Assembly: GCA_963753975.1 (NCBI GenBank)
Contig: CAVWEH010000005.1
Span: 224,001 to 288,000 of the forward strand
Length of the DNA: 64,000 bases
Direction: 5' to 3'
Origin: an uncultured delta proteobacterium
GTDB lineage: Bacteria; Desulfobacterota; Syntrophia; Syntrophales; Smithellaceae
The notes beneath the pieces are model-generated. The model ran no database searches, was not told where the DNA came from, and saw only the letters and a program-made list of their open reading frames with translations. Below are positions 19,328-29,570 of this stretch, one piece after another. Numbering within the stretch: position 1 is the first letter of the stretch; every line of letters starts with the position of its first letter. Both the position numbers and the translations under genes were made by a program.

Positions 19328-20323
19328 CTACATTTTTATTTTTTTTGTCGAAATATGATCGTCGGGACAATAGGCTTCAGCCAGATAGTCTGAAATATCA
19401 TGGATGGATATTTCAGCAGAGGCGGCCCTCTTTAAATTAGCCATGCAGATCGGACAGAGCGTGACGACCTCTTGCGCACAACCGGAAAGTTGATCGACCC
19501 GCCTTTGGGCAATCTCGGCCGCCTTACCGGGAAAGAGAGACTCCAGAGGACCACCGCAGCAATGTGTGAGCTTGCCGGAAAGCTCCGCCTCTATTATTTT
19601 CATACCGCTCTGCTTTAGCAACAGCCGCGGCTGATCTACCATGTTTTCATGCCGGGCATAAATACAGGAGTCATGGATGGTAACCTCCTGCTTAATTCCT
19701 TAACCAAATCCAGCTTTCGTTCCGCCAGTACCTCCAGATAACTTTTTACCTGGATATTGAATCCCTTAATCACTTTCGGGTATACGCTGCGGAGAATGTT
19801 GGTAGTATGCGGGTCCACTGTGATTAATTGCTTCACATGATTGGCTTTTAATATTCCGTATACCAGTCGGGCATGACGAACGAAGGCATCATCCAGACCT
19901 TCATCGTAAACCAGGGCTCCGGAGTAAAGGTCCTTTTGATATAGATAGCCGAATTTTATTCCCGCCGCTTTCAATAAGCGGGCGATATTTCTGAGGGGCT
20001 CATTATAGGCTTCTTGTTCTTCGGGGTTACTGCGCGCCATAAATCCGGAAAGGTTGATTATCTTGTTCGCTATCCGGCCAAGACCAAAGATAATTGGTAA
20101 TCCAGGAGTTCTCGAATTTAGCCAGTTGACGGCTCATGGAATTAATCGAGGGCACCAACTGGTACATCTGGCCGGTATAGAGAACGGTTTCTCCGCCGGA
20201 AGGTAAATTTCCAGCCCTTTAGCCCATTCGGTAACCCGGGCGCCGGCCAGAGGCAAAACGCTTTTTCTTTTCAGAGCTATTATCCGCAAATATTCCTAAA
20301 GTACTTCCTATCGGTACCGGCAT
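19328..20323 (-). CDS. CCG-domain Fe-S protein (HdrB/HdrD-like), 4 frameshifts
   Basis: Reassembled by hand: MPVPIGSTLGIFADN/LKRKSVLPL.../LPSGGETVLYTGQMYQ.../FGLGRIAN...MARSNP.../EVTIHDSCIYAR...HCCGGP...LCPIC. Confidence 0.8.
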
Positions 20324-20326
20324 GAA

Positions 20327-20639
20327 CTAACTCCTTGATAATCCATAAACTTCCTTGTTGATATAAGTACGCAGCGACCGGACATTTTCGGCGATGTGCA
20401 CTCCGGCCGGGCAGTTCTCTTCGCACATTTTGCATAGCAAGCAGGAATAGATGCTGTCGGTATTCTCCAGGACCTTCTCTTTGGCTCCCATCAAGACGTA
20501 GCGAAATAAACGCCGGGGCAGTAATTCGATTCCCAGGGGACAAAGGGCGGTGCATGAGCCGCAATTAATGCAAGCCGAAGCATTAAAATCGTTAGCTAGA
20601 TTTCAGGCTGTCCAGAAATTCAGTATCCACTTTTAACAT
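20327..20639 (-). CDS. HdrC-like 2x[4Fe-4S] protein, 1 frameshift (not in ORF track)
   Basis: MLKVDTEFLDSLK/NDFNASACINCGSCTALCP...YSCLLCKMCEENCPAGV...RS*. Confidence 0.85.
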
Positions 20640-20885
20640 TATTTTTCCTCAACCAGTTTGTACTGATAGTAATCATCGGCCCGGTTTTTCGGTATTTCGA
20701 TGATTTTTCCATATCGTCGCATAGCCATGACCCATCTTAGTCACTTCCGGAGACGGACAATTTAGCTTCTGAGCAATTTCGGGAATGGTCCTTGGCCCAC
20801 CCTTCAATGTCTCGGTCACTCTGTCCTGCATATACATTTCATCTCTCAAAACTTCAGCCAAGTTTCGCTGTGTCTTTCTTCTCAT
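20639..20885 (-). CDS. Small winged-helix-like protein, 1 frameshift
   Basis: MRRKTQRNLAEVLRDEM...GPRTIPEIAQKL...EVTK/WVMAMRRYGKI...DDYYQYKLVEEK*; stop overlaps the next ATG. Confidence 0.65.
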
Positions 20886-22612
20886 CCAATACCTCTTTCG
20901 CCAGAGCATCAATCATCGAGTTCAACCTGTTTGTTGGTGTATCCTTCCACGGAAATAGCCTGATACGGACAGACCGGAATACAGGCCCCTTCGCCTTTGC
21001 ATAGAACCGGGCTTACTCTGGCCACTTGTCTTTTCTCCCATTTCGACAATTTCGATGGCCTCATAAGGGCAGACCTTCTGACATTCACCGCACCAGGTAC
21101 AAAGGTCTGTCTCCACCCTGGCGACCAGGGGTTCCAGATCGACATAGCCTTTCAGGAGGAGAGCCGCTGTCTTGGAAACGGCAGCCATGGAGCTGGCCAC
21201 GCTCTCGGCCAGGTTTTTCGGCCCCTGCGAGGCTCCGGCGATAAACACCCCATCCAATACCGTCTCCACCGGCCTGAGTTTGGGATGAATTTCGTTAAAG
21301 AAACCATCCTTCCCCACCGGAAGTTTCAGAACATCTATCAATTCCGCATTTTCCCGCGGCACCATGCCGGTAACCAGAACTAACAGGTCGGAGTCTATCT
21401 CGACTTCCTCACCTCCCGTTAACCGGTCTTTCACTTTTACTATCAGTCTTCCATCAGCCGAATTTACCTGGGGCGGCGCATCCTCCCCAAAGCACAGAAA
21501 TACAGATCCTTGGGCAAGAGCCTGCTCATACAACAGTTCATATTTGCCATAGGTCCGGATATCGCGAAACAGATGGAATTGGTGGATACTTTTATCAATC
21601 TCCTGGGCGCAAGTAGCTGCATAATTGGCAGCGCTGCAGCAATAACGGGAGCAGTAAAGATGGGGGTTCATCGGTTTTGGTATTCTCCCGGGAACCCACA
21701 CAATAGATATAGGTGATAGTTTTAATCTCTCTGCCCTGATACCTGATAGTCCCGTTGCTTCCGGCTAATAATTCTTCGATATTCCGGCAATGTCACAACT
21801 CCATTCAACCCATACCCGAACTCTCCGGCCTGGGGATTATATGTCTCAAATCCGGTAGCGACAATAATACTGCCCACCTTCAGAGATAAAGTATCTTTTT
21901 CACCGATCCGCATCTTGATGGAAAAGTCGCCTATATGGCCGTTCTTTTCGATCAATTCGGCATTGGTAAAGAGAGTAATATTTTCCCGTTGGCGAACCTT
22001 TTCCAAAAGCGAATCGATGATCTCGCGGCCATTTTTATTATTGGGGAACAATTTACCCCAGCGGCCCACCATACCCCCGGCCTGCGGCGACTTTTCTATC
22101 AAATGCACCCCGATGCCGATATCGGATAAAGCTAAAGCCGCCCGCAGTCCGGCTACGCCGGCCCCGATAACCAGAGCATGGGACAGAGTTTCCACGCGCA
22201 ATTTTTCCAAAGGCACTGCCAGCGATGTTCGCGCCATTCCGGCCCGGATAAGCCGAAGGGCTTTTTCGGTGGCCGCTTTTTTATCGTGAGTATGCGCCCA
22301 GGAACACTGCTCCCGCAGATTAACCTGGGTATATTCATATTGATTGAGACCTGCTCTCTGGGCCATCGCCCGAAAAGTATTTAAGTGGAGTTTGGGCGAA
22401 CAAGAAGCGATAACAATGCCTTCCAGCTTCTTTTCCTGGATTTCTTTAATGATATTTTGCTGGGCGGCATCCGAACAGGTAAACATATTGACCTGCGCCG
22501 TTGCTACAGAAGGTTCTTTCTCCACCAACTCCCGCAATTTATCCGTATCCACATAATCCGAAATATTACCGCCGCAGTGGCAAATGAACACTCCCAGTCT
22601 TTTCTCTGTCAT
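20854..22612 (-). CDS. hdrA: HdrA-like flavoprotein (copy 2), 4 frameshifts
   Basis: CHCGGNI, ASCSP, NLREQC, VIGAGVAG, CVGSR, CSRYCC, HPKLRPVET, C-terminal CTWCGEC / CKGEGAC ferredoxin. Confidence 0.85.
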
Positions 22613-25327
22613 GACCGGCCTCCCGCTTTTTTGAGATAGGCCGCTATCTGAGCGGCTGCGGCGCCGGAATGCAGAATCGTGTCCGGAATATCCCGCGCGG
22701 CCGAAGCTGAGCCGATCACGAAGACTCCGTCAATGCTGGTCTTGCCCGGTTCCAGGTCTTCATCGACTTCTTTAATAAAGGAAAACGCATCTGTTTCCAG
22801 CCGACTGTCCTTAAACAGGCCCACTGCGCCCTGCGCCGGAAGCATGCCCACCGAAAGGACAACCAGATCGTGCTTGGCCTGCTTTAGACCGCCCCTCGCC
22901 TTCGATATCCTCATAATTGACCACCAGGTCCTGATCGTCCGTCTCCTCGATCCGGGCGACTTTGCCTTTTACAAAATAAACTCCCATCCCTTTAGCCTGC
23001 TGGTAAAACTCTTCATAGCCTTTACCGAAAGGAGCGAATATCAATGTAATAAATGGTAATATCGGCCAGCGGCAGCGCTCCCATCAGAAGCTGGGCTTGC
23101 TTCAGGGAATACATGCAGCAGACCCTGGAACATAGCCGGTTATTGACCTGTTCATCCCGGGAACCGACGCAGAGTACAAAAGCAACATTGCTGGGCGCTT
23201 TTCCGTCCGACGGCCGAACGACGGCGTTATAAGGCCTGGTCGGAGATAAAATGCGGTCCATCTGAACGGCGTTAATGACATTAGGAAATCGACCAAAGCC
23301 CAGAGCCGGCTTTATGATGGGCATCGAAGGCCTCAAAACCCGTCGCTATTGCCACGGAACCCACTGAGACCGTCTGCCGCTCGGTCTTCATATCCAAAGA
23401 AATTGCTCCGGCGGGACAGGTGGATACGCACTGCCGGCACTGTGAACATCCGCCGCAATCCAGGCAGCGGTTGGCGCTGTAACGGGCTTCCTCTTCAGTC
23501 ATTGTTTTTTCATAATTCGATAAATGAATTCAATCGCTCCCCGATCGGTTTTTTCTCCAGCTTGACCGGATTACGAGGCGTTATACTGTTCCTTGATTGC
23601 TCGACTATTGTATCGCGGTCCACCATCTCCGGCCTTTCATCGAAGCGGACTGAATCGAGGCCGAGCCCCTGAAGATACCGGTCAATGTAAAAGGCTGCCC
23701 TTTTACCTTGACCGATGGATTTAACAATCATCGATGGGCCGGTAACGGCGTCTCCTCCGGCAAAGACATTGGGAATAGAGGTTTGCAGTGTTTCGGCATT
23801 GGCCTTGATGGTCCCATTCCGGTTGAGCTCGATTTCCTTGGAGAATGCAGATGTGTTGGGAGTGAGCCCGATGGCCATTATCACCTTATCGGCCGGCATG
23901 GAAGTCCGTCTGGTTTCATCAAAAGCCGGATTGAATTTTCCATCCTTATCAAAAACCGAGGAACAGCAAACAAACTCCAGTCCGGTTACCTTTTGGCCGT
24001 CATCCAGTATCCGTTTGACGCCCCAGGAGCAGCTCAAGGTTGACGCCTTCCTCCACCGCCTCCTGGACTTCCCATTTATGGGCCGGCATCTCTCCTTCGG
24101 ATTCCAGGCAGACCAATTGGACCTTTTGAGCTCCGAGCCGCACTGCGCTGCGGGCACAATCTATAGCCACGTTGCCGCCGCCGATGACCACTACTGTTTT
24201 GCCCTTCACATCCGCCGGAAAATCCGCAGATCAGGCTGATGCAGGAAATCCATGCAATCATAAACATCCGGGAGTTCCTCACCCGGGATCGACATCTTAC
24301 GACCGCCTTTACTGCCTATAGCCAGGAATATCGCATCGAAACCCTGTTTTTGAAGTTCTGACAAAGAATAAACTTTAGAATTGATTTTAATCTCTACGCC
24401 CAGAGCAGTAATATTCTTGATATCGCGCGCCAGTATGGCTTTAGGTAAGCGGTAAGCCGGTATGCCCCAGCGCATGACTCCGCCCGCCTCGGCTTCCGAT
24501 TCAAAAATAGTCACCGAATATCCTGCGCGGGCCAGAAAATAAGCGGCGGAAAGACCGGTCGGACCCGAACCGACGATAGCCACTTTCTTTCCGTTCAGTT
24601 TTTGCGGCGGTCCATATTCCGGTTCAGGGTGGTTTTCATAGTAGCGGTCGACCATGAACCTTTTAATTCCTCTGATGGAAACATTGCCGTCCAGCAAGCC
24701 CCGGGAGCATTCATCCTCACAGGGTGCATAGCAGGCCCGGCTCAAACAGCCCGGAAGAGGCGCATCTTCAAGGTGCTGGCGAAAGGCCTCATCATATTTT
24801 CCCGAACGCACCAGGGAGACATATCCATGAGGCTTGACTCCGGCGGGACAGGTATAGGAGCATGGCGATGTTCCCAACCTGTCGATTACCGCTTTTTTAG
24901 GGACGGCCTGAGGGAAAGCGATGTGGGCCGCCCGGCGGGCGATTAAATCGGAGTTGAATTCATCAGCTTGAGCAACAGTACAGGTTTCTTCACACTGAGC
25001 GCAGCCGGTACATTTTGCCAAGTCCACAAAAGTAGGTTTCCTGTGCAGATCAACCAAAAAACCGCCTTCTTTTCCGGCGATAATTTTGTCAACTTCAGAG
25101 TAAATGAGCGTTTTTACATTAGGATGATTGGCGGTAGCGGCCATCTTGGGTGTAGAGATGCAACTGGCGCAATCGAGAGTGGGGAATACTTTGCTGAGCA
25201 AAATCATTTTCCCGCCGATGCTGGCCTCTTTCTCCACCAGGAGTACTTTGAAACCCATATCACCCAGGGTTAAGGCCGACTCCATTCCGCCGATTCCGGC
25301 GCCAACTACCAAAACATCATAATCCAT
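22609..25327 (-). CDS. hdrA: HdrA-like flavoprotein with inserted GltD/NfnB-like NAD(P)H module (HdrL type), about 6 frameshifts
   Basis: VVGAGIGG, FPTLDCASC, CTGCAQC, PCSYTCP...RACYAPCE, VGSGPTG, IGGGNVAID, FAGGD, RCLDCGGCSQCRQC, CVGSR, CSRVCC. Confidence 0.85.
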
Positions 25328-25768
25328 CTATTGCTTCTCCGCTTTTTTCTGAGATGCAGAGGTTATTTCGCCCAGAGTTTTACAAAAACTATTAATATGA
25401 CTCACGAAAGCCTGGGAACAGACCGAACAAATAGCCGCCATTTTCAATCTGCGGGAGTCGTATCCATTCTCTCCCAATAGCTCTTGCGCTTGTTCTACCA
25501 CTTTCCCGGTGCGTTCAGTGCAATCCGGAATGTAGGCACAATCGGTGCCGTCAGCGGCAATAAAAACACCATCGAAACCGGCCTTCAGGGCATGCAGCAC
25601 CCATCGCGGGTTGATTCCGCTGGAGCAAGGGACGGCAATTACCTGCACCGACGTCGGATAGTCCATATGCGAACTGCCGGCCAGGTCAATACCGACATCG
25701 GAGATATTATTGGTCGAGAAAACCAGTATTTTGGGTTGGATTTTGCTTAACTGCCTGATGCCGGTCAC
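25328..25768 (-). CDS. mvhD: MvhD/FlpD-like iron-sulfur subunit (atypical Cys pattern)
   Basis: KILVF...IDLAG...YPTSV.VI.VPCS..I...L.A...GFDGVFI...RRL pattern. Confidence 0.85.
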   Translation of the reverse strand: MTGIRQLSKIQPKILVFSTNNISDVGIDLAGSSHMDYPTSVQVIAVPCSSGINPRWVLHALKAGFDGVFIAADGTDCAYIPDCTERTGKVVEQAQELLGENGYDSRRLKMAAICSVCSQAFVSHINSFCKTLGEITSASQKKAEKQ

Positions 25769-26025
25769 TATTTTCCTCTTTTAACAAATATATGCCAGAC
25801 ACCGGCTTCCTGAATCAGGCCGAGGTATTCATGTCCTACTTTCTTAGCCCAGAGCGGAATGTCCTCAGTAGTGCCCTCATCGGATGAAAGCACTTCCATT
25901 ATCCCCGCCATGGGCACGGCAGTCATTTCTCTTTTAGCCTCCAGCAGGGGGCCGGGACAGGCAGTGCCTCTGGCATCTACCGTCTTGTCAATCTTGAGTT
26001 TCTTAAGCTCTTCCGTATTCATCAT
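25768..26025 (-). CDS. tusA: TusA family sulfur carrier
   Basis: VDARGTACPGP motif; D..T.EDIP.W. Confidence 0.92.
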   Translation of the reverse strand: MMNTEELKKLKIDKTVDARGTACPGPLLEAKREMTAVPMAGIMEVLSSDEGTTEDIPLWAKKVGHEYLGLIQEAGVWHIFVKRGK

Positions 26026-26075
26026 ATCCTCTCTATTTTTAATCGAAATTTAAAATCTTCTTAGACTTGAAAGTA

Positions 26076-26417
26076 TTACATTCGCGCTTTGGATAAGTCC
26101 TGGCCGGTTTTATTTACTTCTTCGACCATGGCCTTACGGACAGTCTCGCAGCATTCTTTAAAAACAGGAGTCGTCAAGCGGTAGGTTACCGTTTGTCCAT
26201 CTCTTTGTGCCCTCACAATCGACTGCTCCTTCATCAGGCGCAGATGCTGGGAAGTATTTTGTAGAGTCATTTCCAGCGCCGAAGCAATCTCCGTTACCGT
26301 CTTGGGACCTTCCCCCAGCAAGTCCATAATCATCAGGCGTTTGGGATTGGCCAGCACACTTAGCATATTGGCCTGCAACTCGTAGGCTCTCGATTTTTCC
26401 GGATCAAGTTTCGTCAT
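26076..26417 (-). CDS. ArsR/SmtB family transcriptional regulator
   Basis: LANPKRL.I...L, SQHL, RDGQTVTY; CC in the C-terminal helix. Confidence 0.92.
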   Translation of the reverse strand: MTKLDPEKSRAYELQANMLSVLANPKRLMIMDLLGEGPKTVTEIASALEMTLQNTSQHLRLMKEQSIVRAQRDGQTVTYRLTTPVFKECCETVRKAMVEEVNKTGQDLSKARM

Positions 26418-26433
26418 AATTTCTCATCTATCC

Positions 26434-26971
26434 TTATATAAATAAGGTCATCCGACTGCGGTCGGCCGAATCGATGAAGGTAGCTACACCGCCGTAACCG
26501 ATATCAGCAATAAGCTCTTCCTTCCGGATGCCCATTACATCCATGGACATAGTGCAGGCGATAAACCGGACTCCCTGTTCCTGAGCCGATTTAATGAGAC
26601 TTGGGAAGGTCATATACATTTTTCTTAGTCATTTCTTTCTTCATCAGCAGCGTGCCCAGACCACCCATGTTCATTCTGGAGAGGGTCAATTTGGAGGGAC
26701 CTTTAGGCATCATCCAGCCGAACATTTTTTCCATGAAACTTTTTGCCCCGGTCAAATTTACCGGGCCTTCTCTCCTGAGCACATTCAATCCCCAGAAGGT
26801 AAAGAACATGCTCACCGGTAAATCCATAGCTGCAGCTCCGTTGGCAATAATGAAAGCCGCCAGTATTTTGTCCAGATCACCGGAAAATACAACCATGGAA
26901 AGTCCGCTTATCTCCTGCGATTCCTCTTTAATTGGTAATTTAGCTGTAAGGCCTCCCCGTTTTTCTGTCAT
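26434..26971 (-). CDS. DsrE2/DsrE-F-like sulfur relay protein, 1 frameshift near 26603
   Basis: VFSGDLDK, MFFTFWGL, LSRMNMGGLG / FIACTMSMDVMG, GGVATF. Confidence 0.88.
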
Positions 26972-27087
26972 CTCACACTCCTTTATGGTTTGGCGATAGC
27001 CTTAGCTATAGCCATCCGGCTGAGAAATAGTTTCGTAATACCCCTGAATACCGTATTCTGTCGGTACGAGGTGCTACTGTTCAATAA

Positions 27088-27119
27088 TTAATTAATTGCA
27101 TAATAATGCAACTTATTAA
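27088..27119. promoter_or_regulatory. Palindromic operator upstream of the dsrE2-arsR-tusA-hdr operon
   Basis: ttaattaattgcat-aata-atgcaacttattaa (12/14 inverted match), just downstream of a minus-strand TTGACA at 27146-27151. Confidence 0.55.
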
Positions 27120-27453
27120 GTATTGATATATCTGCTTGCGCATACTGTCAAGTTTTTTTTAATTCTTCCCCCAGGAAAAGATAGTATCCGAGTCAAATAG
27201 GCAATAATGAAGAAGAAAAAGTAAAATAACGGGAAGAGCACGGAGTTAACGATAGTATTCCATTCTTCAGAATCAACTAAAAGCCTTGTTGGCAACCTTC
27301 TGCTTTAATGTGGTATTATGTAAATCAGTTAAATACTGGGGAGGAAGTTAATAACTGCTCCGGCATCGCCTGTTATGCTTAAACCATTATTCAGAAGAGC
27401 CATACATTGCCGGAATTTTTTGCCGGCTGGAAAAAATTCCTTTGGAAGCGGCG

Positions 27454-28356
27454 TTACTCGTCTTTCTTATAATAGTTCGCCCATTTCGTATCGATCTGCC
27501 TCTGGATGTCCGCGATCTGGGCGTCAGTGAGAATCCTGAAGCGTGACTGCGCGCGGAAGTATTCCCGCACCGGCACGAGCTTGCGTTTTTCCACAAGCTT
27601 TTCGGAAGCTGCCGTCAGTTTGAATTCGCCGTTGACGATCTCGTAGAGGTCATAGTATCCGGTTTCCACGGCGAGTCGTCCGATCTTTATCCCGTATCGC
27701 GGATCATATCCCCAGCCCGGCGGGCAGGGAATATGAATATGGAAGTATTTGGTGCCCGGTAGATCAACGCACTTTCGAATCTTGTCGAATAGGTCCAACG
27801 GGTAGGCAGCAGAACAGGTGGCAACATAACTTAAATTGTGCGCCGCCATGATGGCCGGAACATCCTTTTTTTGCTGCAACTTTCCTTTGAACGGTGTGTT
27901 GGCGGTTATAGCACCGATAGGGGTTGTGCTCGAGCGTTGAGCACCGGTGTTCATATACCCTTCATTATCGTAGCACAGGTAGATGAAGTTATCGCCACGT
28001 TCCGCCGCGCCCGATAAAGCCTGCAAGCCGATGTCGCTTGTCCCGCCGTCGCCGGCCCAGGCGGCCACTTTGATACTGGTTTTTCCCTGCGATTTCAGAG
28101 CAGCTAGAATTCCTGTAGCTGCTGCCGCCGTGGAGGCAAATGTTACATTTAAACAGGGGAGTTTGGTTGAGGCAATCGGGAAAAGCCCCTGCAATACCGT
28201 AAGACAGCTCGGCGGCACGATCAGGATGGTATCTTCCCCCAGCGCCTTGAGACCAACCCGGTAGGCGATGGCTAGGCCGCAGCCGGTACATGCCCTTGTT
28301 CCCGGATGGACAAATTCTTCTGTCGGTAAATTTAAAATGGTGGTCTTTCCCTGCAC
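27454..28356 (-). CDS. porB: 2-oxoacid:ferredoxin oxidoreductase beta subunit
   Basis: ACTGC, GDGG..DIG TPP motif, DNEGYMNTG, PCPPGW. Confidence 0.9.
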   Translation of the reverse strand: MQGKTTILNLPTEEFVHPGTRACTGCGLAIAYRVGLKALGEDTILIVPPSCLTVLQGLFPIASTKLPCLNVTFASTAAAATGILAALKSQGKTSIKVAAWAGDGGTSDIGLQALSGAAERGDNFIYLCYDNEGYMNTGAQRSSTTPIGAITANTPFKGKLQQKKDVPAIMAAHNLSYVATCSAAYPLDLFDKIRKCVDLPGTKYFHIHIPCPPGWGYDPRYGIKIGRLAVETGYYDLYEIVNGEFKLTAASEKLVEKRKLVPVREYFRAQSRFRILTDAQIADIQRQIDTKWANYYKKDE

Positions 28357-28365
28357 TTGATTCTC

Positions 28366-29565
28366 CTATAATTTTAATCCAATCCACACGGGCTCTTTGG
28401 CGATGCGGCTTTTGGTCGCATCGCGGAGGATTTGTGTCAAATTTTCTGTCCGGATTTCGCGGCCGCCGATTCCCGCGATAAAGTTCTGAACCGGAGGCAG
28501 ACTGCCGGTGCCGGCAAGATGTTCGTAAAGCGCGGACTTTAAATCCGACACCAGCGCTCCTTCATAACCGTAGCTAAGTGCCTTTTCAAAAACAAATACG
28601 CCTTTTCTTCCTTTGAGCGCTTTGGCCAGCGCCTTGTCCGGGAAAGGCCGGTAAAAGCGAACACCTATGACGCCTACTTTGATTCCTTCTTTTCTTAAGG
28701 CATCCGCAGAAACGCGTAGCTGGTAGGTGAGCGACCCGAGTCCCACGGCAACATACTGGGCATCATCGCAACGATAAGGCTCGATATATGGGTCACCGCT
28801 CCGGCCAAATATCTCCGCAAATCTTTTTTCCGCTTTGAGAACGACGGCGAGCGCTGTTCTCATTTCTTCATGCAGCAGATACCGGATCTCCATATATCCG
28901 TGGGCAAGCTCGCCTCGGATATCCATGCGGACATCAGGTAAAGTCACGGTATTGAGATTGGCGGGTTTCTCCGGGTTCAGGGCATAGTCCGGCCGGAAAG
29001 GCGGCAGAAATTCATCGACTTGTTTCTGATCCGGCACATCAAACGGCATGTAAGTGTGAGAAAGGATATAACCGTCGTAGCAGACCATAATCGGGATACC
29101 GACCTTCTCCGCCAGCCAGTAGGCCTTGATGACGGAATCAATGATCTGCTGATGGTCAGCGCAATAAATCTGGATCCAGCCGGTATCGCGCTGCGAAATC
29201 GAGTCCTGCTGATCATTCCAGATATTCCAGGGAGCGCCTACCGCCCGGTTGACGACACACATCACAATGGGGAGCCTGGCGCCTGCCGCCCACTGGACCT
29301 GCTCATGCATGAACAGAAGTCCGTTGGCGCTCGTCGCGGTAAAAGTCCGGGCGCCGGCCGAGGAGGCCGCAATGCACACGGCCAGCGCAGAATGTTCGCT
29401 TTCGACCGGGATGTACTCGGCTTTCATTTCACCTGCTTCCACATACTCGGAAAGTCTTTCGGTAAGAGGGGTCTGCGGTGTAATCGGATAGGCCGCGATG
29501 ACATCAGCATGACAAAGTTTGACGCCCAGTGCTGCGGCCACGTTTCCATTTTCGATAATCTGCAC
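28366..29565 (-). CDS. porA: 2-oxoacid:ferredoxin oxidoreductase alpha subunit
   Basis: AYPITPQT, ESEHSA, TATSANGL, NRA. Confidence 0.92.
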   Translation of the reverse strand: MQIIENGNVAAALGVKLCHADVIAAYPITPQTPLTERLSEYVEAGEMKAEYIPVESEHSALAVCIAASSAGARTFTATSANGLLFMHEQVQWAAGARLPIVMCVVNRAVGAPWNIWNDQQDSISQRDTGWIQIYCADHQQIIDSVIKAYWLAEKVGIPIMVCYDGYILSHTYMPFDVPDQKQVDEFLPPFRPDYALNPEKPANLNTVTLPDVRMDIRGELAHGYMEIRYLLHEEMRTALAVVLKAEKRFAEIFGRSGDPYIEPYRCDDAQYVAVGLGSLTYQLRVSADALRKEGIKVGVIGVRFYRPFPDKALAKALKGRKGVFVFEKALSYGYEGALVSDLKSALYEHLAGTGSLPPVQNFIAGIGGREIRTENLTQILRDATKSRIAKEPVWIGLKL

Positions 29566-29570
29566 CGTGT

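Noticed and set aside
20909..24208. Selenocysteine read-through at TGA stops in the hdrA fragments
   Set aside because: At each break the homology continues in a different frame and the TGA does not align with a Cys position; these are indels.
19636..26619. Programmed ribosomal frameshifting or phase variation
   Set aside because: Too many sites per gene and no common slippery sequence or long homopolymer.
6078..26971. sHdr-LbpA sulfur oxidation system (GcvH-like + lipoate ligase + TusA/DsrE + Hdr)
   Set aside because: gcvH and the ligase are 12 kb away in a housekeeping run, and the Hdr genes lack the sHdr C1-B1-A-H-C2-B2 layout.
26975..27080. Riboswitch in the dsrE2 leader
   Set aside because: Only weak hairpins; no match to aptamer motifs I can recognise.
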